Part shown: positions 39,108 through 56,289 of the stretch, in pieces
How positions within the stretch are numbered: position 1 is the first letter of the stretch
Layout: the number at the start of each line of letters is the position of its first letter
Source: Hyaloraphidium curvatum SAG 235-1
Lineage: Eukaryota > Fungi > Monoblepharomycota
Assembly (NCBI GenBank): GCA_025558095.1
Contig: JAIVFI010000002.1
Coordinates: forward strand, 930,001-994,000
Direction of reading: 5' to 3'
DNA: 64,000 bases
Translations under genes and position numbers: made by a program
The notes under the pieces: model-generated
The model's database searches: none
Told to the model about the DNA's origin: nothing
What the model saw: only the letters and a program-made list of their open reading frames with translations

Positions 39108-40838
39108 TCAAGCCATTTCGTAGAGCTTTTCCAGTTTGGCGAGGTCGCCCTGGTGATCGCCAGGGCTTTTGCGCAAGTGATCGAAGACTGCGCTCGTAGC
39201 TGCAACGGATTGATCAAACAATTTGCCAACCCAATCTCGCTCGTTCAACCTGCCTGCTTTGTCCGCCTTGGACATGAACATGACGCACATTGAGAATCGG
39301 CTCAGTTCGGATAGGACTTGCAGCACGCGCACGATGTCTGCTGGTGTATCCCGCCTCGACGACGGTCATTCTCAACGTCAGACAATGAGGCGAGGCAACT
39401 TACTCCGTGTAGAAAGTCAGCAGAATCGCCATGATCTGCGACAAATGCTGGCTTTCAAGCCCGCCCTTCATTATTGTTGACAGCGTTTGTGGGCCAAGCG
39501 ACTGCGGCGTGTATCTTGTCAGAGGAAGCGACAATCGCCAGTCCAACAGCCACAAGACCTTCAGGTAAAGATAGCAAGCCTCTGGATCCTTGCGGAGGCT
39601 TCTCCAATCGCGCTCAAAGTCCAGCATGGAAGTCGGCGGTGGAGGGATCTTCTTGGTGGTGCTCGATGGCGACGGCGTGGCAGCACTTGCAGCGACCGGA
39701 GTCAGCCCAGCATCGCGGCTCGCGCTCTCCGTCCCGACGACCGCATCGACGCTCGCGGCAATTGCAGCGACGCGAGTGCTTGCTGTCACATCGGGCTCCG
39801 CTTCCTTGGGCACTTCCGGGGGAATTGCGTCGACCGAATCGACTTCCTCGATCGTCATCCTTCGTGATTCCTGCGCCTTTGTAGGGGGCAAATCCGGCGT
39901 CGCCGAGTCCACTTCCTCAATCTTCATCCTGCGACTGGAAGGCTGACGTGTCCTCTCCGGCTTCGGCACGCCGGCCAGTTTGGCCAGCTCGCTTTGCACG
40001 TCCTTGTTTCCTGGATCCAGCGCTGCCGCCTTCTGGAGATCTACAGGGTGTTAGATATGTTGGTCCGAAGCTCTCACAGAAACCAACCTTGTCGGGCATC
40101 TTCCAGCCTGACAAGCTCCCTCCTGGCGATCCCACGCCGCCACAGGGCCTTGACGTTTTGCGGATCGAGGTCAAGTCCTCGGGTGCAGTCCGATTCTGCA
40201 GCCTCGTAATCGCCTTTCTTCAGGTGCGCCATGGCCCGGTTGAAGGAGAGCACTGCGTTCTTGGGATCGAGCTTCATTGCCTTCGTGTAGTGTCGGATGG
40301 CGCTGTCGTAGTCGCCGACTTTGAAGAAACCGTTGCCCTATCCATGGCATGAGAAGAAGCGGATGTATCGGGGTTGCAGGTAGAGTACCTTATCTTTCTC
40401 TCGGCCCGCAGCCTCTTTCGGGTCCGCGATCAGAGCAGTGTCCTCCTCATCATGGTCAGCAGCTTCCTAGAATGCTCAATCAGCAAGCGGATGATAGTGT
40501 TGCGGCAGAGCACCTGCCTGTGCGAATCTGTCCCAGGCACGATAGTCGTCGGAGGCTATTCGCGGAGCAGCGGGTGAAGGTTCCGGGCTTGTGCCCGATC
40601 TAACCGAGCCTCTTATAGGAGGTAAGACCCTCTGAGGAACAAGAGCCGTTGAGCCAACGCTCCGACACAGGAAGACGTCCACCTCCACCTGTTTCCCGGC
40701 AGCATCGTCGGCGTACCGTTGATCCTTGATCGAGATCTCCTTCACCCATGAAGAAAGCTCCTTGACACTATCCCTCAAAGCATCCTGACTTTGCCTTATG
40801 GCCCACTGAGCCCGGGACGAAAGGTGCCGATCACCCAT
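39108..40838 (-). CDS. RPAP3: RPAP3/SPAG1-like TPR co-chaperone (R2TP)
   Basis: IRQSQDALRDSVKELSSW, TPR motifs GNGFFK.GDY..AI.HY and NRAMAHLK...KALWRRG, RPAP3_C-like PTSMLDFERDWR...SRFSMCVMFMS. Confidence 0.85.
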
Positions 40839-41121
40839 TCGTCGGCGACAAGGGTTCCCACGCGTCAGGCGTTGCAGCAGAACACGATGCGGCACGGGAA
40901 TAGAGTTTCAGCACATCTTCGAAAGCATTTGGACTCGGGCAGCCGACCTGAGCCTCCTCCATTGCCCCGGTCGCGTGGTGTCAAAGCGAGGGACGACAAT
41001 AACACCCGGGCTGGGCGGCGGGGCCCGCCACACCTTCGAATCCCGGACGGATCTTGGACGAGAGAGACGGAACCCCCGGTAAAAAGATTCGTTTCGGAAC
41101 GCTTTTGCAAGAGAACAAAGA

Positions 41122-41940
41122 ATGGAGGGCCTGCCGGTGCCGAGTGGGCACGTTTCCCGGGAGGAGTTCCTGAAGCTCGAGGAAGAACTCTTTGACGCCC
41201 GGCGGGCGTACGAGGAAGCTTCCGAGCTGGAGAGGGAGATACGTGCAGAGCTCGAAATGGAGGCCGAACGGCGGGAGGCAGAATGCCAGCGCCTTCGCAC
41301 GCGGCTTCGCTCCGTTGAGGAACAGCTCGAGCGTTCCGACGCGAAACTCAGAGCCATGCTGGAGGAACGGGGTGCGCTGCACACCAAACTGGAACAGCTT
41401 CGGGCCAGCGAGATGAAGCTCAAGCGGCGCTCTGTCTCGCTCGAGCAGGATTGCGACGAGCTCGAGTCGAACCTTCGCGTGACTTCGACCAGCGTCCAAC
41501 AACTGGAAGAGCAATATGCCGCAGTTGTCGAAGAGAACGCCTGGTTGCTCGCGCGCGTCGATGAAGCGGAAGAGCGAGCGCAGAGGCTGAAGGATGCAAA
41601 CCGGGAGCTCGAGGATGAACTTGCTGCCAAAGGCCGCGCAAGCGACGCGGGTGCCGAGGCGCGTCCCGACGCTCCAGCAGTTACAGTGCCTCTGGTTCCC
41701 GCGAACTTCTTGGCCATGAGCGAGGACGCACTGCGGGAGTACATAGCGGCTCGAGAGGATCAGCTGCTGCGGGAAGAAAAGGACATCAGCATCCTCCGAA
41801 ACCTGCTGCGAAGCCGGAAGGAGTCGAAGCTAAAGAAGCTAGCCGCCGGACTGCATCTTGCACCGACCCCAAAGAAGCAGTCCCAGTCGAAACTCGGGCG
41901 GCGCATCAGCCGTCTATTCCACAAAGACGCCAATCAATAG
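41122..41940 (+). CDS. NudE/NDE1-like coiled-coil dynein regulator
   Basis: Long coiled coil; SLEQDCDELESNLRVTSTSVQQLEEQYAAVVEENAWL resembles the NudE consensus LEQ.NDDLE...S..D.E...N.AIE.NA.L. Confidence 0.65.
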   Translation: MEGLPVPSGHVSREEFLKLEEELFDARRAYEEASELEREIRAELEMEAERREAECQRLRTRLRSVEEQLERSDAKLRAMLEERGALHTKLEQLRASEMKLKRRSVSLEQDCDELESNLRVTSTSVQQLEEQYAAVVEENAWLLARVDEAEERAQRLKDANRELEDELAAKGRASDAGAEARPDAPAVTVPLVPANFLAMSEDALREYIAAREDQLLREEKDISILRNLLRSRKESKLKKLAAGLHLAPTPKKQSQSKLGRRISRLFHKDANQ

Positions 41941-42029
41941 GTTTGGCTGTTCTGCCGGATATCTGGTATCTGGTATCAAATGAAACAGGAAACGGCCCAA
42001 ATGCGTCCCCAATAGCGTCCCATTGCCCG

Positions 42030-46519
<4,490 letters not shown>

Positions 46520-46745
46520 CGCGCGATCGCCCGCCAACATGGCCTTGGGCTCGCGAATGGGCCGACAGTCCCGGTGTGATCGGTGCCGCCACGCTGGCCG
46601 CCACAGCGAATAGGGGTCTCTCCCTCGAAGCGCAAGGCGCACACAACCCGAGACATAAGACTTCCGGGACATCGGACGGGCCAAACAACCTGCCACAGCG
46701 GTGTCTTCTTCAACCGCGGCCGAAACTTGGACGATTAGCGGAGCG

Positions 46746-48586
46746 ATGGGCTCGCACGAGCCGCACCGCGAGGGGAGCAATACTCCAAAGCGCCGGCGGC
46801 ACCTCCCCACCGCCGCGCTCCTGGCACTGTGCTTCGGACTTTGCTGCATGCTTGGACTTGCGGAGGGCTACCGCCTCCAGGAGAGGGGGCCGGCGCTCGG
46901 CGCACGGGTTGCGCTGCGGGAACAGGCCTGGCGGAATAGAAACGGACCGCATCGGGCCGCCGCGGCCCTGCTCCGGCGCCAGGCCGAAGCGACGTCTTTG
47001 GCGACGCTGCCGATGACGAAGGCAGCTGCCAAGACCACGAAGGCTGCGGCGGCGCCTTCGGCGACTTCGTCCCGGGCCCCAGCGGTCAAAACGACCCCCG
47101 CTCCGACCGCAACCGTTACCATTACGGCGCCGTCGGTCATCCTCACCCAAATAGCGACCACCATCGTCTCGACAGTCATCAGCACTGGCATGGTGCAGAC
47201 GTGAGTCGGCCAGTGCGCTGTTGGTTGATTCCGACGCTAACTTGATTGCCAGCCCGGTCGCCACATGCGTCGTCGAGGCTGCCGAACGTGCGATGGCCCG
47301 CATGGCCCGCTCGCGTAGAGCAAGGGCGACGCCGTCGGACCCTTTGACTGCCACCGTGACCGTCACGGAGGCCACTTGGACCTCGACGACCATCGTCACC
47401 ACTACCCTCGTGGATGCTCTCTACGGGCAGATCGAGCGCAAAATCATCACCCTCGGCCCGAACTCTTACAGTGAGTTCTAAAGCACCTCAAGAGCTACAG
47501 TGAACTAACCGATCTCCGCGACCAGTTCTTCCCGTCCTGCCCACGGCGCGGGCAAGGTTGCCGTTCTGCGAAGGGGAAACAACCACAGTCTCAACGACCA
47601 CGACCACGAGCACGACGCGGAAAACGACGACGACCAAGTCTGCCGGGCCCTTGGCGGCCACGCTGACTCTCCCGCCGGACACCTCGCCCCTGGACCCGAC
47701 GGACGTGACGGTGCCTACCACCACGGATGGCGGAGCCCTGGAGACGGACCCGGCCACGGCTTCCAACTACGGCCTGAGTTTCTGCGTGCAGGTCTTTGGC
47801 TCCGGGAGCATCCGCACGACCTGCGCGGACGTCTGCTCCTTCTTCCTCGAGAGCACCGACGCTGCCAACATCATGGCGTGCAACAAGATGTGCCGATCGG
47901 TGGCGCAGACCACGGGGTCCTTCACCACCTCGTGCTCCGCGATCTTCCGCGACATTCTAACGGACACGGGTGCCGTGCCCGGCGGCTCATCCGGCGGCGG
48001 CTCGTCCGGAGGGAACACCGGGGGCACGGACGACGGCTTCGTCACCGGCATCGCGCAGCCGACCGACCAAACGCAGCCCGAGGTTCCGGCTGCGACGCCG
48101 ACGAAGGATCCCATGGGCGGCATTGCCACCGTGCTTCCTTCCCGTGACCCGACGCTGCCGCAGGTCACGACAATCTACGAGACGATCTGGGTGGACCCCA
48201 CCCCGGTGGTCGACGCCACCCCCACGATCGTCGACTTCACCGTCCCTTCCCTGGCGGAAGAGTCGACGAGCACCGCCCCGCCGAGGACCTTCGACTTTGC
48301 CCAGTCGTCCGAGGTTCCGACCGGCGAGGACCGGCCGACTTCGACCCGCAAGACGACGAGCCGATCGACGGGCCTGAAGCTGATTTCGAGCCCTACGAGC
48401 AAGGCGCCGACATCGACGCTTATACCCATCTTGCTCGCGAACCAGAACAACAACCTGATCTCGACGTCGGACGTGAGCGATCCGATCGTTCAGGGGTCTG
48501 GGGCCGCCAACACGGCCGGGTTCCGGACATTGGCGTCGCTGGCAGCGGGGCTCTCCGCAGCGTTCCTTCTTAGCGCATGGGCATGA
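46746..48586 (+). CDS. Secreted Ser/Thr-rich, probably GPI-anchored surface protein with a small Cys-rich domain
   Basis: Hydrophobic signal ALLALCFGLCCMLGLAEG; Thr-rich tracts; C-terminal omega-site-like GSGAA followed by a hydrophobic tail. Confidence 0.7.
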
Positions 48587-48634
48587 TTACTCTATGGAAA
48601 CCTGTGTCTATAGATTGCATCTGTGTCGCATCGC

Positions 48635-49963
48635 TCATTGCTTCGTTTTGGGCTGACCGTCCTCCGCCAAGAGCGACACCTTGAGGTCCCAGCCCTTGGC
48701 CAGCACCTGCGGCCCGGGCCCGACCCGCGTGTGGATCATCCTCTGTATGCTTCCTGGCGCCTGCACCGGGAATTTGAGGGCCTCGGCGAGCTCCTTGATC
48801 GCTGCCGAGCCTGCCGCGCCCTTTGCAACCTCGACGAGTCCGCCGGTGCCGTAGAAGGCCTCGTCCGAAGCCGATTCCGGCTTGGGGAAGAGGAGGGATG
48901 CCAGGGCCACGAATTCGGCAACGTTCTCCTTTGGCATGTAAATAACGGCATTGGGCCCGGCGTCGAACGTGTACGCCACCCGGTAGCCCTCGCCCTTGGC
49001 TTTGTAGTGAGCATTGTACCGCGTGACCAGCTGGATGATGCTGCGCGAGACATCGTTCAGGTAAAAGATGGGCGGGAAGGTGTCCAAGCACGTCGCGTGG
49101 AACTGGTTCGAGTCCTTCATGGTGAGCTCGGCAAAGGCGTCAAAGTCCCTGGCCAGGATGGCCTTTTTCATCAGCTCCATCCGCTCGGGCACCGAGTGGT
49201 CGATGCGCCGCTTGATAAGGTCCGAGGTCTCCACGGTCTCCTGCATGCCCTCGGTCGAGCCGACGCCCTTCTTGGCGTCCGAAACCACCATGATCAGGGC
49301 CTCCATCTCGGGCCAGTGCGACTCGGGGGCCACCTGCACGGCCTCGGAGTCCGAGCCGTCCGGTTTCGACCCCATCTCCCAGGCGACGTAGCCGCCAAAG
49401 ACCGAGCGGCACGCGGAGCCCGAGCCCACGCGCGCGAGCCGCGAGATCTCGGAGCCCGACATGGGCAGCTCAAACACGGTTGCGAGGGCAAACACCAGCG
49501 CGGCGTACCCCGCGGCGGACGATGCGAGCCCGGCGGCGGTCGGGAAATTGTTTTCCGAGCAGATGTGCAGCTTGTAGGTCGAGAGGCTGGGGAGCGTCCC
49601 GCCCGAGGCGTCCTCCATCGCTTTGCGCGCCTTCCGCGAGTCCTCCAGGCAGTTGAGCAGTCGCCGGCTGGCGGGGATCGACTCCTCCTTGCCGTTCAGC
49701 CACAGGCGGTCCTGGTCGAACGACGGCGAGGCGCGGATCGTGGTCGTCGTCTTGAGGTCATCCTGGTGCAGCGTCACCGAGAGCGACGAGTTGGTCGGGA
49801 GAAGCAACTTAGTGTCCCGCTTGCCCCAGTACTTGATAACTGCGATGTTGACGGGGCCTCTGCAGGTCCACGAGGGCCGGACGGTTCAGGAAACGCGGGG
49901 AGAAAGACGGGACTCGAGGACCCACGAGACCGTCACCTCGGCATCGGACGACGAGACCGGCAT
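48635..49963 (-). CDS. MVD1: Diphosphomevalonate decarboxylase
   Basis: PVNIAVIKYWGKRD..LLLPTNSSLSVTL, NNFPTAAGLASSAAG, GSGSACRS, DSNQFHATCLDTFPPIFY, YTFDAGPNA. Confidence 0.96.
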
Positions 49964-50142
49964 CGCGAGGGAATGTGGCGATGCGGCTCTCTCGAATGTC
50001 GGGGTCGCCTGTCCGTTGGCAGTACCGCGCGCGCGAATGCAAGCTTCTAGAGGTGTGAGGCAGGGGACCGTGCGGAACCGACCTTCCCCTCATCAGTCGC
50101 CGTTTCTCTCGTTCCCATCCGGGCCGGGCGGCCGCCGGCGCC

Positions 50143-51592
50143 ATGACGTCCACGCTGCCGCCCAACCTGCTGAAGCTCTTCACGCCGCGGCCCGCGCTGC
50201 CGTTCGTCGAGCCGGTCGACAAGGACACGGCCAAGCTGCCGAAGCCAAAGTTCCTCGGCCTCGCCGCCTTCGTCGACCGCGCAAAGGGCCACGACCCCGA
50301 GTACGTGCGGACCGAGACGCACAAGGAGCGGCACGACCGCATCGTGGGTGGAACACGCGCCGCGCCGCGTCGGACGCGTCGCCGACGCCATCCTCCCCTC
50401 CCGCCGGGCTGCGCACCCGCCGCATTCAGGCCGCCGAGAACAAGGAAAAGGCGGACGAGGCAATCAAGGCTGCGCTCGCGGAATGGGACCCGTCCTCGGA
50501 CCCCAACGTCAAGAGCGACCCGTACCGCACGCTGTTCGTCGGCCGCCTGGTGGGCGTCGCGTTTCCCTGCGTCCTCCCGGCCAATCGCTGACCAATTTCC
50601 GTGCTCTGCTCTCTGGCTGCGAACCGCATTGTTTTCGGGCGCGCAGTCGTACGAGACGACCGAGAAGACGCTTGCGCAGGCGTTCGAGACGTACGGAGCC
50701 ATCCGAACGGTAGGGAAAAGCGCATCCGCGCGCCAATCGCGGATGATCCAACGGTAGGGCTCGCTAGGTCACGGTGGTGAAGGATAAGGAAGGTAAATCG
50801 CGCGGCTACGGGTTCGTCGAGTTCGAAAGCGAGCGGGACCTGAAGAACGCCTTCAACGACGCCGACGGCATGAAGATCGACGGCAGGCGGTGCGTCGTCG
50901 ACGTCGAGCGCGGCCGGACGGTCAAGGGCTGGAAGCCGCGGCGCCTGGGCGGCGGGCTCGGCGGCACCCGGGTCGGCAAGCCCGAGCAGAATCAGAAGCA
51001 CAGCGGCCGGGACCACTCGGGCAGGGACACGCTCCCGCCCGGCATGAGGGACTCGTACGGCCCCCCGCCTTCTTCCTCCTACGGGGCCGCGCCGTCGTAT
51101 CGCGGGCCGCCCAGGGATTACGGCGGCGGCGGCGGCTACGGGGGAGGAGGCTACCGCGGCGGCCCGCCCCCGCCCGGCCCGGGCTACTACCGCGACCGCG
51201 GTCCGCCGCCACCGCGCGACTATCGTGGCGGCGGCGGCGGGTGGGGCGACCGCGGGTACGGCCCGCCCATGGGCAACGGCTACGGCCCGCCGCCCTACCC
51301 GCCGCGCGACTACGACCGCCCGCGGGTGAGGGTCGAGGAGCGCCAGGCGCCGGGCGACTCCGGGCGCAACTCGCCCCCCGAGCCCGGGGCGATCATCGAG
51401 AAGGAGCCGTACGGGCGGGACAGGGACCGGCGCCGCAGCCGGAGTCCGGAACGCAGGAGGTCGCGGAGCAGGGAGCGGAGGGACGATTCGAGGCGGAGGT
51501 CGAGGAGCAGGGACAGGGACCGGAGGGACGATTACAGGCGGAGGAGCAAGAGCCCGAGGGACCGGACGAGGAGCGACCGCGACAGCAGGTAG
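50143..51592 (+). CDS. SNP1: U1 snRNP 70K
   Basis: [28 protein letters not shown]|[43 protein letters not shown]-rich tail. Confidence 0.96.
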
Positions 51593-52554
51593 CTGGCGCG
51601 TGTGTGGGTTCTTTGCCGTACGTTGTCGCTTGTCCCTCGCTGACGGTCACTAGCAGATTCAGAGGTGCTGCAAACATGTACAGGGAGAAGGAATGCTCTC
51701 GCCGGGACATTTTCTCCGCCGCTGCTTCGGGAGGTACCGGGGTCTCGCGGTGTCGACGATCGCCCCATCAATGCCGAAGCTAGAGCGACGTCCGCGACGA
51801 TCGCGGGCCGGTATGTTGCTCTACACCGGTCCCGCTTTGCAATCACGGATACAGATGGGCTTTGCTGGGCTCGCTCGGTGGTTGTGGCGGCACCCAGGTT
51901 GCTCGCCTTGAGATCGGGCACGAATCGTCCGAATCCCCGGTTGCCGCCGATCGGGAGGCCGTTGGAGAACCATCTGCAATGCCATAGATTATGTCCGGCG
52001 GGCGGCCGCGTTCCCAACGGGACGATCTCGTGTTCGCTCGAACGGGGCCCCATCTCCTCCCCCGCGGTCGCGTCCCCCACTCCACCCCGCCTGAGCGCCG
52101 CTCCCAGGCCGCCGGCGGCTCGGGCGACCCTTGCTTAGGCGGCTGCCGGAGTCTCGCGGCCCGGGGAGCGCCGCCGGCGTCGGGGCAGGCGTTCCATCCC
52201 GGCCCGCCCGCCCGCGCGGGAGGCCGCCCCCGCTTCCCCAGGCCGCGGCGCCCGTGCGGACTCCGCCGGGCGGCTTTCGGGCCTCGTCCCCGGCGGCGGG
52301 CATCGCCGCGGCCCGCTCGGACGCCCGCCCGCGCGGCGGCTCTTCCCCCCGCGCGCGACCCGCGCTGCGCAGACGCTCGCCCCGCACCCCTCTGGCCGCC
52401 GTCTGACGGACCGGAAACCGCTCCCACGGACTTTTAGGACTGTCGGGCACCGCGGACCGCGCCGCCGTGCATGCCGGCCCGGACCCGCCAGCCCGGAACT
52501 GGACGACCCCTGCGGACCGGCCTCGCGTAGGCCTCCGGCCCCGGAACACACCCG

Positions 52555-54462
52555 ATGGCCGCTGCAACCGCCGCAGCGGCCGGCCCGGTCGCCGCCCTGG
52601 CGCAGCTGAACCCCGTGCTCCACGATGGGGGCCCGAATGAAATCACCCTCACCTACGGCTTCACCCCGCAGCAGGCGCGGCTCGGCGTCGCGCCGCCGCA
52701 GACGCCGGAGCTCGACCGGATCCGCCAGAGCCTGGACGTGATGCGGACAAACGCCACAAAGACCGTGCGGACGCTGCAGGCCAACATGGACGTGGTCGGC
52801 GAGTTCCTCAAGTCGCAGAACGCGCTGGTGCAGCCGGCATCGCCGGCCTCCGAGGCCGCACCGGGGCTTCCGGTGCCGAAAAAGATCAAGATCACGCTGC
52901 CGAATCCCGCCGTCGACAAGCTGAAGTCTGCGACTTCCAGCCGGCCGAGACTGCCGGAGGGAACGTGGGTTGTTGTGTCTCCCACGCGAGTCCGCCCCGT
53001 GCTCACGGCAACCCCGCCGCCGCAGTCCGGAACCCCTTTCTTCCTCGCAGCAGCGCCGCAAACGGCAGCACAGCGAGATGCTGGCAGAGAGCGCCCCTCG
53101 TGAGTGCTCTGCGGACTGGGGAAGACCTTGCCTGAACTTCGGTGCCAGCCAACGCCATCTACAGCATGAGGGTGGAAAACACCGTCGTGCACATCACCCA
53201 GGACAACAAGATGAAGGTGATCGTGCAGGCTCGGCCGTCCGCCGACGCTCGTTCGAAGCAGAAGAACAAGGTGCGAAGCCTCGCCTCGCGGGCAAAGCTC
53301 CCTCTGACCCTCGATCCGCAGAACAAGAGCGGCACCACCGGCGGCAGCAGCAACAACTCCTCCGTCCCCACTCCTCGCAGGCCGGAAACCCCCACCCTGG
53401 CGCCCGGCGAGGACGTCTACGGCACCGCGCAACCCACCATGCACGGCGTCCCTCTCGATGGCGACTTCACAAAGCTGTCCAAACCCCAGAACCAGATTCC
53501 CTACGACCAGTTTTGGCGTTTTGTGGACCAGTTCTGGCGCCCCCTCGTGGAGGACGACCTCGCGTGGCTGCAGAACCCCGGCGACGGGATGCAGGTCTAC
53601 GCCATCCCCCCGCTGGGCAAGCCCTTCGTGCAGCAGTGGGACGAGGAGGACCGCATCCTCATGCTCAATTCGGCCTCGGAACTGACCTCGCGGCCGGGCG
53701 AGGGCAGCGAGTTCCGGTACGAGAACGACGTGCTGGTGCCCGGGGACGCGGTCCTCGGGCCCTTCACGGAGCGGACGCTGCAGGCGCTGGTGCAGGAGGA
53801 CCTGTTGGACTCGGGTTCGGTGGCCTCGCATGCGAGCGATGCCGAGACGCTCGTGCAGCCGATTCCGGAGCACGTGCCCAGCAGGACGAAGCAGGACCTC
53901 GCGGACCTGGAGGAGCGCATCAAGATCGAGCTGCAGTACATCGACCTTGCGCCGCCACACGAGGTAACCCAGCTTGCATCGCGGTGCCCGTCCCATAGAT
54001 TTGCTGACTCCCTTTGTGCGCAGGCCTCTGCTTCGGAGGGCCAGGAGGACGAAATCACGAACCAGCTGCGGCGCGCGCAGAACCAGCTCCGGCAGCAGGT
54101 CGAGCGCAACATGCGCCTGAAATCCCGCATCCACGAGGTCGCCCTCAAGTGGCTCGCGTACCAGGAGTACCTGTCCGTCAAGGACGAGCTCGAGCGGCAG
54201 ATCCAGGACGCCTACGCGCGGCGCTTCGTGGGTACCCCTTCCGGCGCATACGCATGCACGGGCCTTACCCCCCCCGCAGCGCACCATCAAAAAGAAGAAG
54301 AAGGCGGGGGAGCGGCCGGTGACGCAGTACGTCAAGCCGCTGGTGGGCGACAACGCGGGGCTGCTGATCGCAAAGAGGCGGCAGTGGATCGAGAAGGCGG
54401 GGCCGGCGTTCGATCTCTCGCGCAAGGAGCGGCAGCCGCTCTTTTTAAATGTAGACGGGTAA
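52555..54462 (+). CDS. ADA3: Histone acetyltransferase adaptor ADA3/NGG1
   Basis: NQIPYDQFW.FVD..WRP, IPPLGK.F..QW, GPFTER.LQAL, LEERIKIEL.YI, DEI..QLR..Q.QL, QEYL.VKDELE.QI..AY.RR, KRRQWI. Confidence 0.88.
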
Positions 54463-54650
54463 TTGATGCGGCCGAGCGGCGTCTCCACGGTCCGATCGGC
54501 GCCTGTGCCTCCTTTGTTGACAGCCCGGCGTCGGCGAGTCCGCAGCAGCCGACGCTCCCCCCGACCCTCCAGGGCCCTCCCTTAGACAGGTCCACCCTGT
54601 CGACCTCCTAGGAATATTGCCAGCGGCTGACGGCGAGCGGCGGCCCGGCC

Positions 54651-56193
54651 ATGGAGCTCCCGGGAGGCCTCGCCGCCGCGACCCCGTCGCTGCTCCCTCT
54701 CGCGCCATCGGGCGCGCTGCCCGCGGCGCCAGCGGCCGCGCCCCGGCCAAAGAGCAAGTCGAGCGGCCGGCAGCGCGACCGCGAGCGCGAGCGCGAGCGC
54801 AGGCGCAACAGGGCGCTGGCCGCCGCGGGGCCGCCCAAGAAGCCGGACCCCGCGCCGCGGAACCGCTCGGGCGGGAGCAAGAAGCGCAAGGAGCCCGGAG
54901 CCGACTTTGCGCTGCCTCCGGACCCCGCGGTCGCACGCGACAAGGCCCTGCAGCAGAACCATGAGTGGGTGACGTGGTCCGTCCCCCACCGCGGTCCCTG
55001 ACGGCCCCAAAGCTACCAGCTTGTGCTGAGCGCGCTCAACGCGCTGCGAGGGCAGAGACAGCAGGCCGAGAGGGACATTCCCAGGTTGCACGCGCAGAAG
55101 GAAGCGGCGCTGGCCGACCCGACGAAGTTCATCGCGGCGCTCATGTCAAAGACCAACGACCCCGTGCCCAAGCGGCAAAAGGTGGTGCGCGTGCCCGACG
55201 TCTCGTTCGAGAAGTACGGTTTCAGGATGGAAACGAACGGAGGGCTGGCGACGCCGAGGGCGGGAGGCGTGCAGAGCCCGATCGAGCCGTTCAAGGCCGC
55301 GCCGTACCTCGAAGAAGCCATGAAGGTCGGTTTGCGCGCCCCGATTCACTTCGCGCTGCTCGTTTGACATTTCTTCCATTTGCTAGGCCATCAGACCCCC
55401 GCCGTCTCCGAATGGCCGCACGCTCTGGCTGCCGAAAGGACTCTCGACCTTTGATCGCCTGGCGGGCACCGCTTTTCGCAACGGGATCTCCCTGAACGAT
55501 TCGTACATGGACTCCCCTGGCGGATCGTCCGTGAGCCGGCGCTCGGACTCGCCCATCTCGGTGCACCCGCTCCTGCCGCACGGACCGATTTTGGAGGCGC
55601 CTCCCGTGAGACTTGACGCCTTCTCCTGACCGCGGATGGCGTTGACCCAGTCTCTGGGCCCTGTTTCAGCCACCGAGATCTGCCGCCCGCGTCTCGGGAT
55701 CTATTTATCAGCAGCGCCAAACGCTCGCCAACCAGATCCACCTCGCTGCCCCCAAATCTCTGCACTCGGGCAACGAGCATCCGCACGTCAACGGAGACCA
55801 CGCAAACGGTCCCAACGGCGACGCTACCTCTCGACCCGCAGCGCCTGCCAAGGCGGCGGGCCCGCGGAAGTCGGAACCTCGGCGGGCCCCTGCCAACATC
55901 GATGACGAAAGCGTGCACTACAACGTGGCGTGCGACGGGTGCGGAATGGATCCGATCGTGGGAATCAGGCTGAGCTGCACGGATTGCGCGGCAATGAAGA
56001 TCGACGTGGACCTGTGCGTAGGCTGCGAGAACAAGAAGTTCCCGCACAGTGGGTGTTCCGAACCGCGCTACCGCGGGCCGGAGCTGACCGGACTTCCCCA
56101 GAACACCACCTGCCGACCCACTCCTTCCGGAAAATCGCAATACCCGAGCATGTTGTATCCGATTTCCCCGTGCTGCCCCAGGTTGCTGTCTGA
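54651..56193 (+). CDS. ZZZ3: ZZZ3-like protein with a C-terminal ZZ-type zinc finger
   Basis: NHE|YQLVLSALNALRGQRQQAERDI..L...KEAALADP..FI..L...P.RQKVVRVP.V.FEKY (ZZZ3-like helical region); VHYNVACDGCGMDPIVGIRLSCTDC...DLCVGC...HLPTHSF. Confidence 0.75.
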
Positions 56194-56289
56194 GTCGGTG
56201 CCGGAGCGGTCTGAGTCAATGCTGGCGCGTATGATTTATGTGATTCGAATTCGATTGATGGTATCGGGTATATGTTGCGGTCCACACGG

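Noticed and set aside
51593-52554. ~960-bp GC-rich intergenic region with possible hairpins (tRNA-Sec or other ncRNA?)
   Set aside because: No tRNA cloverleaf, UCA anticodon arm or T-loop; the pairing is explained by GC content.
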